Part shown: positions 46,551 through 55,769 of the stretch, piece by piece
Position numbering within the stretch: the stretch's first letter is position 1
Layout: each line of letters begins with the position of its first letter
Origin: Fidelibacterota bacterium
GTDB taxonomy: Bacteria > Fidelibacterota > Fidelibacteria > Fidelibacterales > Fidelibacteraceae
Direction: 5' to 3'
NCBI GenBank assembly: GCA_021734505.1
Contig: JAIPIT010000001.1
Location: forward strand, 1,693 to 65,692
Length of the DNA: 64,000 bases
Program-made: the position numbers and the translations under genes
The notes under the pieces: generated by a model
Seen by the model: only the letters and a program-made list of their open reading frames with translations
What the model was told of the DNA's origin: nothing
Databases searched by the model: none

Positions 46551-46561
46551 GAGATAAAATC

Positions 46562-46996
46562 ATGAACGAAGAAAGATTAAAAGTGTTAAACATGATCGCT
46601 GAAGGAAAGATCAGCGCAGAGGAAGGAAGTAAATTGCTTGAGGCCCTGGATAAAAAAGACAAACTGGCTTCGGAGCAAGCAGAACCTGTCATAAGAACAA
46701 AAGAAAAGGGTAACATTAATTACTTATACGTAGATGTCACACCCAAAAAGGAAGAGAACAAAGAAAAAGTACATGTTAAAGTTCCCTTGGCTCTCGTGAG
46801 GGCGGGTGTTAATATTGCATCTATGCTGCCTGCCGATGTGCAGGATAAAGTCAATGACGCCATGGGTGAAAAGGGCATGAAGTTCGATCTTTCATCCATC
46901 AAGCCGGAGAATATCGAAGAACTTATTCAGGCACTTGAAGAAATGGAAGTCAATATTGATTCAGATGAACACACAGTTCGAGTTTACTGCGCATAA
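46562..46996 (+). CDS. SHOCT-like / YvlB-LiaX N-terminal domain protein
   Basis: RLKVLNMIAEGKISAEEGSKLLEAL motif; GGAG RBS. Confidence 0.5.
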   Translation: MNEERLKVLNMIAEGKISAEEGSKLLEALDKKDKLASEQAEPVIRTKEKGNINYLYVDVTPKKEENKEKVHVKVPLALVRAGVNIASMLPADVQDKVNDAMGEKGMKFDLSSIKPENIEELIQALEEMEVNIDSDEHTVRVYCA

Positions 46997-47021
46997 AGAA
47001 CACTACAACATCTCAATATGC

Positions 47022-47050
47022 AAAAACCCGACTCTCCGTCGGGTTTTTGC
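47022..47050. terminator. Bidirectional intrinsic terminator between convergent genes
   Basis: AAAAA-CCCGAC-TCTCC-GTCGGG-TTTTT. Confidence 0.8.
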
Positions 47051-47177
47051 AATAAGTTAATTAAGCAAAATGTGTAACATTTTGCGATGATATTAAAAAG
47101 TTATTGTAAAGACACGCCATGGCGTGTTGCTACCGGTTGTTTTTATGTCTATCGCAAAAGCTTCGCTTTTGCTCAAA

Positions 47178-48047
47178 TTAAAACAAATTCATTTGCGGAT
47201 CCACAGGCTTATAAAAATTCATTTGAGTGGCGAAACGCAGTTTACTGCAAATTTGATAATAAGCTTTGTTGATCGCTTCGGCGTTCGGACTGTCACATTC
47301 GTAGGTATTCCCGAACATGTCAATATACTTTTCCTTTATTCCCGGGAAATATTTATCCAATTTATCATAGAACCATTCCCGCTGTCCATGGCGCTGGGTC
47401 AGTCCGGGCCACGCAAGGGCATATTTTGCACCGACCTGATGAGCATGATGTAACAGTTCAGTGATATTTTCAACAGAATCCGTGATCCAGGGCAGTACGG
47501 GAGAAATAATGATCCCGGTATATATTCCCGCGGCGGATAATACCTTCATAGCCTCAAAACGTTCTGAAGATACCGGAGCGCCGGGTTCAAGTTTGCGTGA
47601 AAGTTCATCATCGTTTGTTGTAATGGTAAACGATACCGCCGCATAGATCTTTGAAATGTTTCTTAAAAGATCAATATCCCTGACGACCATATTGCTTTTA
47701 GTAATAATATGAACCGGAAATTGATAGCGATAGATCAATTCGAGTGCTTGTCTTGTTAAACCCAGCTCTTCTTCAATAGGCATATAAGGATCATTCATGC
47801 TTCCCGTGCCGATGGTCTGTTTTTTCCTTTTCGCCGAAAGCTCTTGTTTCAGGAGATCAATGGCATTCTCTTTGATCAAAATATCGGCAAAATTCTCAAT
47901 TTGATAGCAAGCGGATCGTGAATCGCAATAAATGCACTGATGCTGACACCCGCGATAAATATTCATATTATAAGCAATGCCGAAAGGATCAAAACCCTTG
48001 TTCGTTAGTGGAGATAAGATCGATTTAGCGTGAATACGTTTGATCAT
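47178..48047 (-). CDS. Radical SAM protein, SPL/DNA-repair-photolyase-like (second paralog)
   Basis: YRGCQHQCIYCDS CxxxCxxC motif; 289 aa; same architecture as 39799-40668. Confidence 0.7.
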   Translation of the reverse strand: MIKRIHAKSILSPLTNKGFDPFGIAYNMNIYRGCQHQCIYCDSRSACYQIENFADILIKENAIDLLKQELSAKRKKQTIGTGSMNDPYMPIEEELGLTRQALELIYRYQFPVHIITKSNMVVRDIDLLRNISKIYAAVSFTITTNDDELSRKLEPGAPVSSERFEAMKVLSAAGIYTGIIISPVLPWITDSVENITELLHHAHQVGAKYALAWPGLTQRHGQREWFYDKLDKYFPGIKEKYIDMFGNTYECDSPNAEAINKAYYQICSKLRFATQMNFYKPVDPQMNLF

Positions 48048-48155
48048 GGATCTATTCGATTAATGTGTAAAAAACTATTCCGGATAATCCTGTTCCCCGT
48101 CAGGGAAGCAATCAGGTATATCCGGTTATTGCGTCTGAAGTATTATCGGGTCAAA

Positions 48156-49184
48156 TCACCACTTGCCCTCTTTAAGGACCGTCTCGATCATGGCAAGATA
48201 GTTTTCCGGTTTAACATATTCGGGAATAGAATTGGAAGAACCCGCACACCAACCGCCCTTCCCTTTGGCAATATTAATAAAATCACGTGTCAATTTTCGG
48301 ATCTCATCAGGTGTCGCACGACAGAGCTGATCAAGATCAATACCACCACAGAGGCAAATCTTATCGCCGACGCGGTCTTTCAATTCCGCCATATCCATGG
48401 AAATCGGTTCCACGGGATGGAGGCTACTGATCCCAATATCCTCAATAAGCTCCGGCATTACATCGTATAGCACACCGTCTGAATGATAAATAAAAGGAAT
48501 ATTGCGTTTTTTGGCAAGTTTGCCAATACGCTTTAAATAAGGGAAAAGATGTTCACGGAGAAAATCGGGACTCACCATTAATCCCGATGAGTATGCAATA
48601 TCATCACTATACCAAAGTATTTTCACAAAATCCATTGAAGCCATGGTTTCGAACATACTCATGACCAGACCGCCGATCCTATCAAACATCGCAGATATCA
48701 GCTCGGGATCTTCATACATTTTCATTGAAAAATTTTCAAAGCCCATCATTTCCCAGACCGTCGTATAAATATCGCCATATTGACCAATAATTCCCATGTC
48801 ATCCGGGATAAGTTTTCCGGCTTCCTCTAGTCGGGAATATTCCAGATCGCTGATCTTTGCCCATTCATATTTCTCAAAAGATTCCCAATCCTGAACCACG
48901 CCGCCGTGTTCTGAGGACCAGGATCTGTCTGCCGCGACATTCGCATTTTTAGCAATAGACCGGTTGGTTTCAATATGGATACCCGGCTGGACTTTAATAA
49001 AATCATATCCAAGACCTCGCATAAAAGCGATCTCGTCCTTTACGGTATCTGCGGGCTTGCCAAGAATAGCTTTTCTCATATCACCGTGGATGCCCAGCTC
49101 GATCAGGGGAATATAGTCATTGGTTTTATTGAACAGTGTTTGTTGAAAATGTTCAAAATTTGGTTTGCGTAAATGTGAGAACAT
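48156..49184 (-). CDS. Uroporphyrinogen decarboxylase (URO-D) family protein, MtaA/MtbA-like methylcobamide methyltransferase
   Basis: 342 aa with URO-D-like C-terminal blocks (IPFIYHSDG, SLHPVEP); immediately downstream of a corrinoid protein gene. Confidence 0.55.
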   Translation of the reverse strand: MFSHLRKPNFEHFQQTLFNKTNDYIPLIELGIHGDMRKAILGKPADTVKDEIAFMRGLGYDFIKVQPGIHIETNRSIAKNANVAADRSWSSEHGGVVQDWESFEKYEWAKISDLEYSRLEEAGKLIPDDMGIIGQYGDIYTTVWEMMGFENFSMKMYEDPELISAMFDRIGGLVMSMFETMASMDFVKILWYSDDIAYSSGLMVSPDFLREHLFPYLKRIGKLAKKRNIPFIYHSDGVLYDVMPELIEDIGISSLHPVEPISMDMAELKDRVGDKICLCGGIDLDQLCRATPDEIRKLTRDFINIAKGKGGWCAGSSNSIPEYVKPENYLAMIETVLKEGKW

Positions 49185-49202
49185 ATGATCACCCCTTTAA
49201 GC

Positions 49203-49871
49203 TTAGATATTAAGAAGACGTTTTGCTTCTTGCACTGCCTGGTTCGCATTCTTGGCATAACCTTCCGCGCCAATTTCTTTGGCAAACGCCGGGGTTACCG
49301 GTGCACCGCCTATAAATACTTTATTATTAAGATCGTTGGCACGCAGGAGTTCGATCACACCTTTCATGTTTTTCATGGTGACCGTTAATAATGCCGACAT
49401 ACCAATAATGGCTTCAGGGTTGTTTTTAGCGGCCTCCAGGAATTTTGGGGCTGGAATATTGATCCCAAGATCTTCTATTTCGAATCCGGCACCTTCAAGC
49501 ATCATACAAACGAGGTTTTTTCCAATATCATGCAAGTCACCCTGAACGGTTCCAATAATTACTTTCCCCAGAATAAGATCAGATCCGTCGAGCAAAAGAG
49601 GCTTTATCAGTTCAAGCCCGGATTTCATGGCCTTGGCTGAAAAAAGCATTTCAGGGACAAAGATCTCGTTTTTTTCATAACGCTGGCCAACAATGGTCAT
49701 CGCCGGAATGAGTCCTTGCATTAAAATATCTTCAACATCGACCCCTTCGGCAATTGCCTGTTCGGTCAGTTCGCGAACGCCGGCTTCGCCTTCCATAGCT
49801 TTTGGGAATTTTGATGTAGCATCAATGTGCCCCTGTACAACACAGTGCTTGATAGATTCAAGTATTGACAT
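49203..49871 (-). CDS. Corrinoid (B12-binding) protein of methyltransferase systems
   Basis: DxHxxG motif (GDLHDIGKNLV), SALLTVTM and GGAPV Rossmann blocks, N-terminal helical cap; 222 aa. Confidence 0.8.
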   Translation of the reverse strand: MSILESIKHCVVQGHIDATSKFPKAMEGEAGVRELTEQAIAEGVDVEDILMQGLIPAMTIVGQRYEKNEIFVPEMLFSAKAMKSGLELIKPLLLDGSDLILGKVIIGTVQGDLHDIGKNLVCMMLEGAGFEIEDLGINIPAPKFLEAAKNNPEAIIGMSALLTVTMKNMKGVIELLRANDLNNKVFIGGAPVTPAFAKEIGAEGYAKNANQAVQEAKRLLNI

Positions 49872-50084
49872 AATTACTCCTTAGTCATTTAAGCCCAAGA
49901 ATATATTGCAAGTATTAGAAAGTATCAACGAAAAACGGGAAACCATCATCTCAAGAAAGAGAATTGAGCAAAAATTAATTATTCAAAATATAATACCGAT
50001 TTATAGTGCCAATAATTAAAGGTGTTTTTTTACCATAAAATTTTATAACTTTTATACAAATCTAAATCTCTAAAAGGAGAAAAT

Positions 50085-51584
50085 ATGAAAAAACTCAAGA
50101 ACATTTTACTCGATATTAAAAAATTGGAATCTGCGGCTTCGGTTTTACATTGGGATCAGGAAACATATATGCCGGAAGGCGGCGGTGCTTTCCGCGCCGA
50201 AGTTCTTGCCTACCTGAGCTTAATGCAACATCAAATGGCAACAGGTCAAAAACTTAAAGACGAATTATCACTGCATATAGATTATAACACAGGCGAACTT
50301 GTAAACATTACATTAAGCGAGAAAGAAAAACAATTGGTCCGACTTGTATGGAAAGACCTTAAAAAACAGGTGGTTTTACCCGATGATTTTGTCGAGGAAA
50401 TGTCAAAACACACTTCAGCGACCCAACAGGCCTGGATCAAAGCAAAAAAAGCAAAAGATTTTTCTATCTATGCGCCCTATCTTGAAAAAATGATCAAGCT
50501 CAAAAAACAGGAAACTGAATTCCTGGGCTATAAAGATAAACCCTATGATGCACTTCTTGACGGCTTCGAACCGGGCATGACAACCGAAAATGTTGCAAAG
50601 CTTTTTGGCGGACTTAAAGAGCGGCTTGTAAAATTAGTTGAAAAAATTAATACCGTTCAGCAAATTGATGATTCGATCTTACAGCAATCCTTCGATACAA
50701 ATGAGCAATGGAAGTTTGGCATGAAAATCGCCGAAGCGATCGGATTGAGCATGAACAATGCACGTCAAGATATATCTGCCCACCCCTTTACCATTGGTTT
50801 TCATCCCGATGATGTACGGATCACGACCCGACTAAATGACAAAATGTTACTTTCGGGTTTATTTTCAACCATTCACGAAACCGGCCATGCCATCTATGAA
50901 CAGGGATTGAATAAAGAATATTTTGGAACACCCCTGGGTGAAGCCGCCTCGTTCGGTATTCACGAAAGTCAATCGCGACTGTGGGAAAACACGGTCGGGC
51001 GTAGCAAAGAATTTTGGACCTATGCGTTGCCAATTTTAAAAGAGCATTACCCGCAATTAAAAGAGGTAAGCCTGGATGATTGGTACCGTTTGATCAATGT
51101 GGTAAAACCTTCAATGATCCGCGTGGAATCGGATGAAGTATATTATTCACTTCACATCATGTTGCGCTTTGACGTTGAAAGCATGATCATTAACGGAGAT
51201 GTTAATGTGAATGATATCCCGAAATTATGGAATGATAAAATGAAAGAATATTTCGGCATCACTCCAAAAGATGATTCCGAAGGCGTTATGCAGGATGTCC
51301 ATTGGTCATTCGGCGGATTTGGCTATTTCCCCTCATACGCCATGGGTAATCTATACGGCGCCCAGATCATGGAACAGGCCGAAAAAGAGATCCCAGACTT
51401 ATGGAAAAAAGTTTCAAAGGGTAAGTTTTTACCACTTAAAAAATGGTTAAATGAAAAAGTCCATGTTCATGGCCGTTTCTACGATCCTGAAAAACTCATT
51501 GAAGTTATTTCCGGGGCACCGCTTTCGGCGGATCCATTCATGAATTATCTTGAGAAAAAGTATAAAGAAATATATAAGCTATAA
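50085..51584 (+). CDS. Carboxypeptidase M32 (Taq-type metallocarboxypeptidase)
   Basis: HETGHAIYEQG zinc motif, HESQSRLWEN, DVHW; 499 aa. Confidence 0.9.
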   Translation: MKKLKNILLDIKKLESAASVLHWDQETYMPEGGGAFRAEVLAYLSLMQHQMATGQKLKDELSLHIDYNTGELVNITLSEKEKQLVRLVWKDLKKQVVLPDDFVEEMSKHTSATQQAWIKAKKAKDFSIYAPYLEKMIKLKKQETEFLGYKDKPYDALLDGFEPGMTTENVAKLFGGLKERLVKLVEKINTVQQIDDSILQQSFDTNEQWKFGMKIAEAIGLSMNNARQDISAHPFTIGFHPDDVRITTRLNDKMLLSGLFSTIHETGHAIYEQGLNKEYFGTPLGEAASFGIHESQSRLWENTVGRSKEFWTYALPILKEHYPQLKEVSLDDWYRLINVVKPSMIRVESDEVYYSLHIMLRFDVESMIINGDVNVNDIPKLWNDKMKEYFGITPKDDSEGVMQDVHWSFGGFGYFPSYAMGNLYGAQIMEQAEKEIPDLWKKVSKGKFLPLKKWLNEKVHVHGRFYDPEKLIEVISGAPLSADPFMNYLEKKYKEIYKL

Positions 51585-51650
51585 ATCCAGAGGGTGCGAA
51601 TAGAAGCGGAGAAGGGGTGACGTGGAGACGCGGAGTCCCTTTTTTATTTG

Positions 51651-51690
51651 GTTGAATCGTGGAAACGTTGAATCGTGGAAACGTTGAAAA
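51651..51690. repeat. 16-nt direct repeat GTTGAATCGTGGAAAC x2 plus a partial third unit
   Basis: Read directly. Followed by the near-perfect palindrome ATCCTGTCCGCCAGCTGGCGGATCAGGAT at 51701-51729. Confidence 0.85.
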
Positions 51691-51757
51691 TACACCCGTC
51701 ATCCTGTCCGCCAGCTGGCGGATCAGGATCTCGCTGAGGTTGCGATACGGAATTATT

Positions 51758-52501
51758 ATGAAATCGCATGTTCAAATTCCAAAATCAATTCTAAAGAACT
51801 TCGCATATAAATCTGGCAAAGACGGATTAGTAGTCGATTATCTTGATCTTTCATGTAATGAAATTAAAACCGAGAAAATTAATAAGCTAGATACTATTGA
51901 AGGTTATTATTCAGAGGAATTTGATAAAAGAATGGGAGAAAAGTACGAAACCCCATTTGGAGATATTTCAAAGAGAATTAGAGATTTTAATAAAAATAAA
52001 TTAGATAAACTCTCTTTAAGTGAGAGGGAAACAAAAACTATTCTAGATTTCTACAATAATATATTTTTTCGGGGTAAATTTGCTTTAGAAAAAGCCAATA
52101 AATACAGCCTGACATCAGTAGTGCGGCCAATTGAGCAGGAAGAATTAATAATATTAACAAGAGAAAACCTTTTTACCGGCAATTGGGTAAATATTATCAG
52201 AAATAAAACTAATATAGATTTTGTTATCCCGAGAAATTGTTTTTATGTCAAAAAATCCAAATCAGCAAAAAAACCGCATTATATATTACCAATAACTCCA
52301 AAATCAGCCATAATATTAATACCCAAAGAAGAAATTGAAGAATTTGAAACCACAAAAGGTACAAGAGACCACTATTCTGTTGATGATGAAAACACTATAA
52401 AAACTTTAAATGAATTCGCTTTAGAAATTGAAAAAGGAACTAACAATATGTTTGTTGTTGGTAATAAATTAGAACTTAGCCGATTAAAAAAATTATTATA
52501 A
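51758..52501 (+). CDS. Hypothetical protein, possibly DUF4238-like
   Basis: AT-rich gene. The N-terminus HVQIPKSILKNF resembles the HYVPxxyLxxF start of DUF4238. Start set at MKSHV because the longer ORF begins inside the repeats. Confidence 0.35.
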   Translation: MKSHVQIPKSILKNFAYKSGKDGLVVDYLDLSCNEIKTEKINKLDTIEGYYSEEFDKRMGEKYETPFGDISKRIRDFNKNKLDKLSLSERETKTILDFYNNIFFRGKFALEKANKYSLTSVVRPIEQEELIILTRENLFTGNWVNIIRNKTNIDFVIPRNCFYVKKSKSAKKPHYILPITPKSAIILIPKEEIEEFETTKGTRDHYSVDDENTIKTLNEFALEIEKGTNNMFVVGNKLELSRLKKLL

Positions 52502-52742
52502 TATATCTGCGTGAATCCGTGCAATCTGTGGATGTGTTGTTTTAATAATCCTGTGACATGAATAGATCTTTCGACTGTGTCCCGATTTATATCGAGACTC
52601 CGCTCAAGATGACACAAATATTTTATGTTTCAAGATTCATATTTATGCTTCACCGGCCGTCAACCTTGCGCTACACCGGGCAGGCGCAGATTACACGGAT
52701 AAAGAAAAGATAGAGATCTATATACTTTAATTTTGTGAAGAT

Positions 52743-52772
52743 AAAAAAAGGATCCCGAAGCGTCAGGATCCC
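52743..52772 (-). terminator. Intrinsic terminator of the lipoprotein gene
   Basis: On the minus strand: GGATCC-TGACGCTTCG-GGATCC followed by TTTTTTT. Confidence 0.7.
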
Positions 52773-52813
52773 TTACATGTCATAGACAATATATTTTAAG
52801 TGGGCTTTATTTT

Positions 52814-53320
52814 CTAGAAGTAAGGCTCAAAGAATTTAGCCCGGCCATCACTTGCTCTTGTCATAATAATGACTGGTTTATTATTATTATTATTATATAT
52901 TACGTCAAACCCATTCCAATTTTTTGACCAAGTATATTCTCCCACTCGGCTACTTATACCTGCACTGCTCATTTTATAAAATATAACTTCCCCGGTGGCT
53001 TCTTTGTAAGTGAACAAATAGGTTATATTGTTCAATTTAAAGAATAACATGCTGCTCCATCCCTTATGTGTCGTTTTATCATAAAGGGGTGAGCCGCCCT
53101 TGTCAAGATTCCAGATTTGAGTTTTGCCCGTGGTCGAATTGTAGCAGATCAAAAAATTACTTTTATCGACAGTAAAGGTTTGTGTTGTGGTATAACCGCT
53201 GCCCAACACAATATCTGCTGTCCATTTAACTTGAATCTTATCTGTCGATAAGTTCTGTGAAGTTGCACAACTTGCAAACATCACTAAAAAAACAATACAA
53301 AGACTTTTGAACATTTTCAT
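52814..53320 (-). CDS. Hypothetical lipoprotein with three internal beta-repeat-like units
   Basis: Lipobox MFASCA. Repeats FLICYNSTTGKTQIW / YLFTYKEATGEVIFY / VIIMTRASDGRAKFF. The poly-Asn run is encoded by an (AAT)n microsatellite. Confidence 0.5.
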   Translation of the reverse strand: MKMFKSLCIVFLVMFASCATSQNLSTDKIQVKWTADIVLGSGYTTTQTFTVDKSNFLICYNSTTGKTQIWNLDKGGSPLYDKTTHKGWSSMLFFKLNNITYLFTYKEATGEVIFYKMSSAGISSRVGEYTWSKNWNGFDVIYNNNNNKPVIIMTRASDGRAKFFEPYF

Positions 53321-53443
53321 ATTTGTTCCTTATAATTTTCCTACTCGTATGGTTTTTCGGCTCTACCCCGTTTATTAAAGTGGGTTCTGGACTCCACATC
53401 TTCATTTTTATATTTTGGGGATAACAAGACAGGAATCCCTAAA

Positions 53444-54115
53444 TTATGGATTGTTTTTTTCGTTTTTCATTTTCTGCAATAATTCTTTCGCATGCCCCAC
53501 GCCCTGATCTGCACTGAGTTTTACCCAGTGACGAGCGGCATCAAGTTCTTTTGGTGTGTCGGCGCTTTCATAAAGCAATTTACCTAAGAGAAATTGCGGG
53601 TAAGGATGTCCGCCTGACACGCTTTTTTTCAACCACCTTATGGCTTTTGCGGTATCGGGTTCAACACCGCGGCCCGCGCTATATATTTTCCCTAACATAT
53701 ATTGGGCTTCAGAATAATTTTGTTTCGCACAGAGGGAAAACCACTTTAAAGCTTGATCATAATCTTTGTCAGCTCCGCTTCCCGTATAATAGATCATTCC
53801 CATTTTATTTTGAGCTTGGGGGAATCCTGACATCGCGGACTTTTTATACCAATGCAATGATGTTACAGCGTTTTTTCCCACACCGATTCCATGCTGGTAG
53901 TAGTACCCCAAATAATACTGGGCTTCCGGGTTTTCTCCTTCTGCTGCCGATTGAAAATGAGCAATTGCCAGTGCCGTATCCGGAGCCATCAAGCTATCGC
54001 CTGCCATCATTTGTTTTCCCAGCTCAAGCTGTGCCTGAGACTGACCACCCTTATTGAGTGCGCACCCTAGAACAAGGATGGGGGTGAAGAGTATTACGAT
54101 TGCTTTTTTTATCAT
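53444..54115 (-). CDS. Sel1-repeat (SLR/TPR-like) lipoprotein
   Basis: Lipobox VLGCA; repeated AQYxLGxxYxxGxGVxxD units. Confidence 0.8.
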   Translation of the reverse strand: MIKKAIVILFTPILVLGCALNKGGQSQAQLELGKQMMAGDSLMAPDTALAIAHFQSAAEGENPEAQYYLGYYYQHGIGVGKNAVTSLHWYKKSAMSGFPQAQNKMGMIYYTGSGADKDYDQALKWFSLCAKQNYSEAQYMLGKIYSAGRGVEPDTAKAIRWLKKSVSGGHPYPQFLLGKLLYESADTPKELDAARHWVKLSADQGVGHAKELLQKMKNEKNNP

Positions 54116-54144
54116 AATGTGCTCCGGGATTTATATTTTAAAAG

Positions 54145-55653
54145 TTAATTTTGCTTTATCTTATCGCTATCAATTGCTCGCGCTTGAGCAATCGCTTTCA
54201 GCCATCCGCCATAAAGTCGTTTACGTTCTTTTTCTTCCATCTTTGGCTCAAAGCAAGCGGAATCTTTTTTGCTTCGGATGAAATCTTTCATCGTCCAAAA
54301 GCCACAAGCAAGCCCTGCAAGCATCGCAGCCCCCAAAGCGGTCGATTCCAATTGAAGTGCACGACAAACAGAACAAGGTAGAATATCTGCCTGAAATTGC
54401 ATGAGCAGATCATTTGCGCTTGCCCCGCCATCTACATTCAGGGCGGCGAGCGTAACGCCGGAATCCCTTTCCATCGCGGTCAGGACATCTTTACTTTGGT
54501 AGGCAATAGATTCCAATGCGGCACGAATGATATGATTGGCTGTAGCGCCTTGTGTCAGGCCGCTTAGCGCACCCCTCACATTCATATCCCAATAAGGGGC
54601 GCCCAAACCGCTAAATGCCGGAACAAAATAAACACCATCATTGCTGTTTAATTTCGCAGCGGCAAGTTCAGAATCTGCAGCTGTCTTTAGGATCTTTAAA
54701 TTATCGCGCAACCACTGAATGGCAGCTCCGGCAATAAATACAGAGCCTTCCAATGCATAAGTGATCTTATCGTTTAATCCCCAGGCTATCGTTGTCAATA
54801 ATCCATTATCGGATTTTACCGCTTCTTGGCCGGTATTCATCAGCATGAAACAACCGGTGCCATAAGTATTCTTGGCCATACCGGGTTCAAAACATCCCTG
54901 ACCGAATAAAGCCGCTTGCTGGTCTCCGGCGATACCGGCGATCGGGATAGAAATATTATCAAATAGATCGAGATCAGTTTTGCCATAGATCTCTGAAGAG
55001 TTTTTAACCTCCGGCAACATGCATTCGGGGATATTAAAGATCGAAAGTAATTCCTTATCCCATGACAGATCATGAATATTGTAGAGCATGGTTCTAGAGG
55101 CATTTGAAACATCGGTAATATGTAATTTCCCACTCGTTAATTTCCAAATGATCCAGGTGTCGACGGTTCCAAATAAAAGATCACCTCTTTCGGCCCATTC
55201 CCGTGCACCAACAACATTTTCCAGGATCCAATGAAGCTTGGTCGCAGAAAAATAAGCATCAATGATCAAACCGGTTTTATGTTGAAAAGTATCCGCCAGA
55301 CCATCTTGTTTTAATTTTTCACAAAGTGCGGATGTACGTTTATCCTGCCAAACAATGGCGGGGTAAACGGGTAGCCCCGTAAAGCGATCCCAAACGATAG
55401 TTGTTTCTCTTTGGTTTGTAATACCAATAGCGGCAATGTCTTTTGGAGAGAGTTTAAGTTTTTTGAATAATTTGTGTGTTAGTTCAAGCTGGGTATTCCA
55501 GATATCCATTGGATCCTGTTCCACCCGATCTGGATTGGGGTAGTGCTGGGGGAATTCTGCCTGTTCCATGCCAAGGATATGAAAATCCTTATCAAACACA
55601 ACGGCACGTTCACTGGATGTTCCCAGGTCGAAGGTGAGGATATACTTTGACAT
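54145..55653 (-). CDS. glpK: Glycerol kinase
   Basis: [31 protein letters not shown] and [10 protein letters not shown] motifs. Start set at MSKYIL. Confidence 0.95.
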   Translation of the reverse strand: MSKYILTFDLGTSSERAVVFDKDFHILGMEQAEFPQHYPNPDRVEQDPMDIWNTQLELTHKLFKKLKLSPKDIAAIGITNQRETTIVWDRFTGLPVYPAIVWQDKRTSALCEKLKQDGLADTFQHKTGLIIDAYFSATKLHWILENVVGAREWAERGDLLFGTVDTWIIWKLTSGKLHITDVSNASRTMLYNIHDLSWDKELLSIFNIPECMLPEVKNSSEIYGKTDLDLFDNISIPIAGIAGDQQAALFGQGCFEPGMAKNTYGTGCFMLMNTGQEAVKSDNGLLTTIAWGLNDKITYALEGSVFIAGAAIQWLRDNLKILKTAADSELAAAKLNSNDGVYFVPAFSGLGAPYWDMNVRGALSGLTQGATANHIIRAALESIAYQSKDVLTAMERDSGVTLAALNVDGGASANDLLMQFQADILPCSVCRALQLESTALGAAMLAGLACGFWTMKDFIRSKKDSACFEPKMEEKERKRLYGGWLKAIAQARAIDSDKIKQN

Positions 55654-55694
55654 GATATTTACCTGATTAGTCAATTATATTTTGAGATGCGATA

Positions 55695-55720
55695 TCTTCT
55701 TTCGCAAAAGCTACGGAGGA
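55695..55720 (-). repeat. Conserved-loop hairpin repeat in inverted orientation: TCTTCT-TTCGCAAAAGCTAC-GGAGGA
   Basis: The loop reverse complement GTAGCTTTTGCGAA matches the family. The stem pairs with two G-U pairs on the plus strand. It is nested in a 9-bp outer inverted repeat AGATGCGAT/ATCGCATCT. Confidence 0.55.
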
Positions 55721-55746
55721 CAAAAATCGCATCTTTACATGTATTT

Positions 55747-55767
55747 TAATTCTTGTCTCTTGTTTCT
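55747..55767 (-). repeat. A-rich heptamers on the minus strand (AGAAACA AGAGACA AGAATTA) directly after the hydrolase stop codon
   Basis: Read directly; same words as the arrays at 14668, 17834 and 26033. Confidence 0.5.
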
Positions 55768-55769
55768 TT

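Noticed and set aside
47087-47453. Plus-strand ORFs of 61 and 109 aa at the 3' end of the radical SAM gene.
   Set aside because: They overlap the minus-strand radical SAM CDS and the bidirectional terminator region, and have no RBS or motifs.
49872-50084. Cobalamin riboswitch upstream of the corrinoid protein operon.
   Set aside because: There is no B12-box (GCCACUG-like) or extended GC-rich structure. The region is AT-rich and promoter-like.
53551-54057. 168-aa plus-strand ORF.
   Set aside because: It is antisense to the Sel1-repeat lipoprotein gene, which has a lipobox and regular SLR repeats.
51585-54115. Calling the AT-rich islet a mobile element.
   Set aside because: No integrase, transposase, recombinase, flanking tRNA or clear target-site duplication is present. 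It is reported only as a compositionally odd accessory segment.
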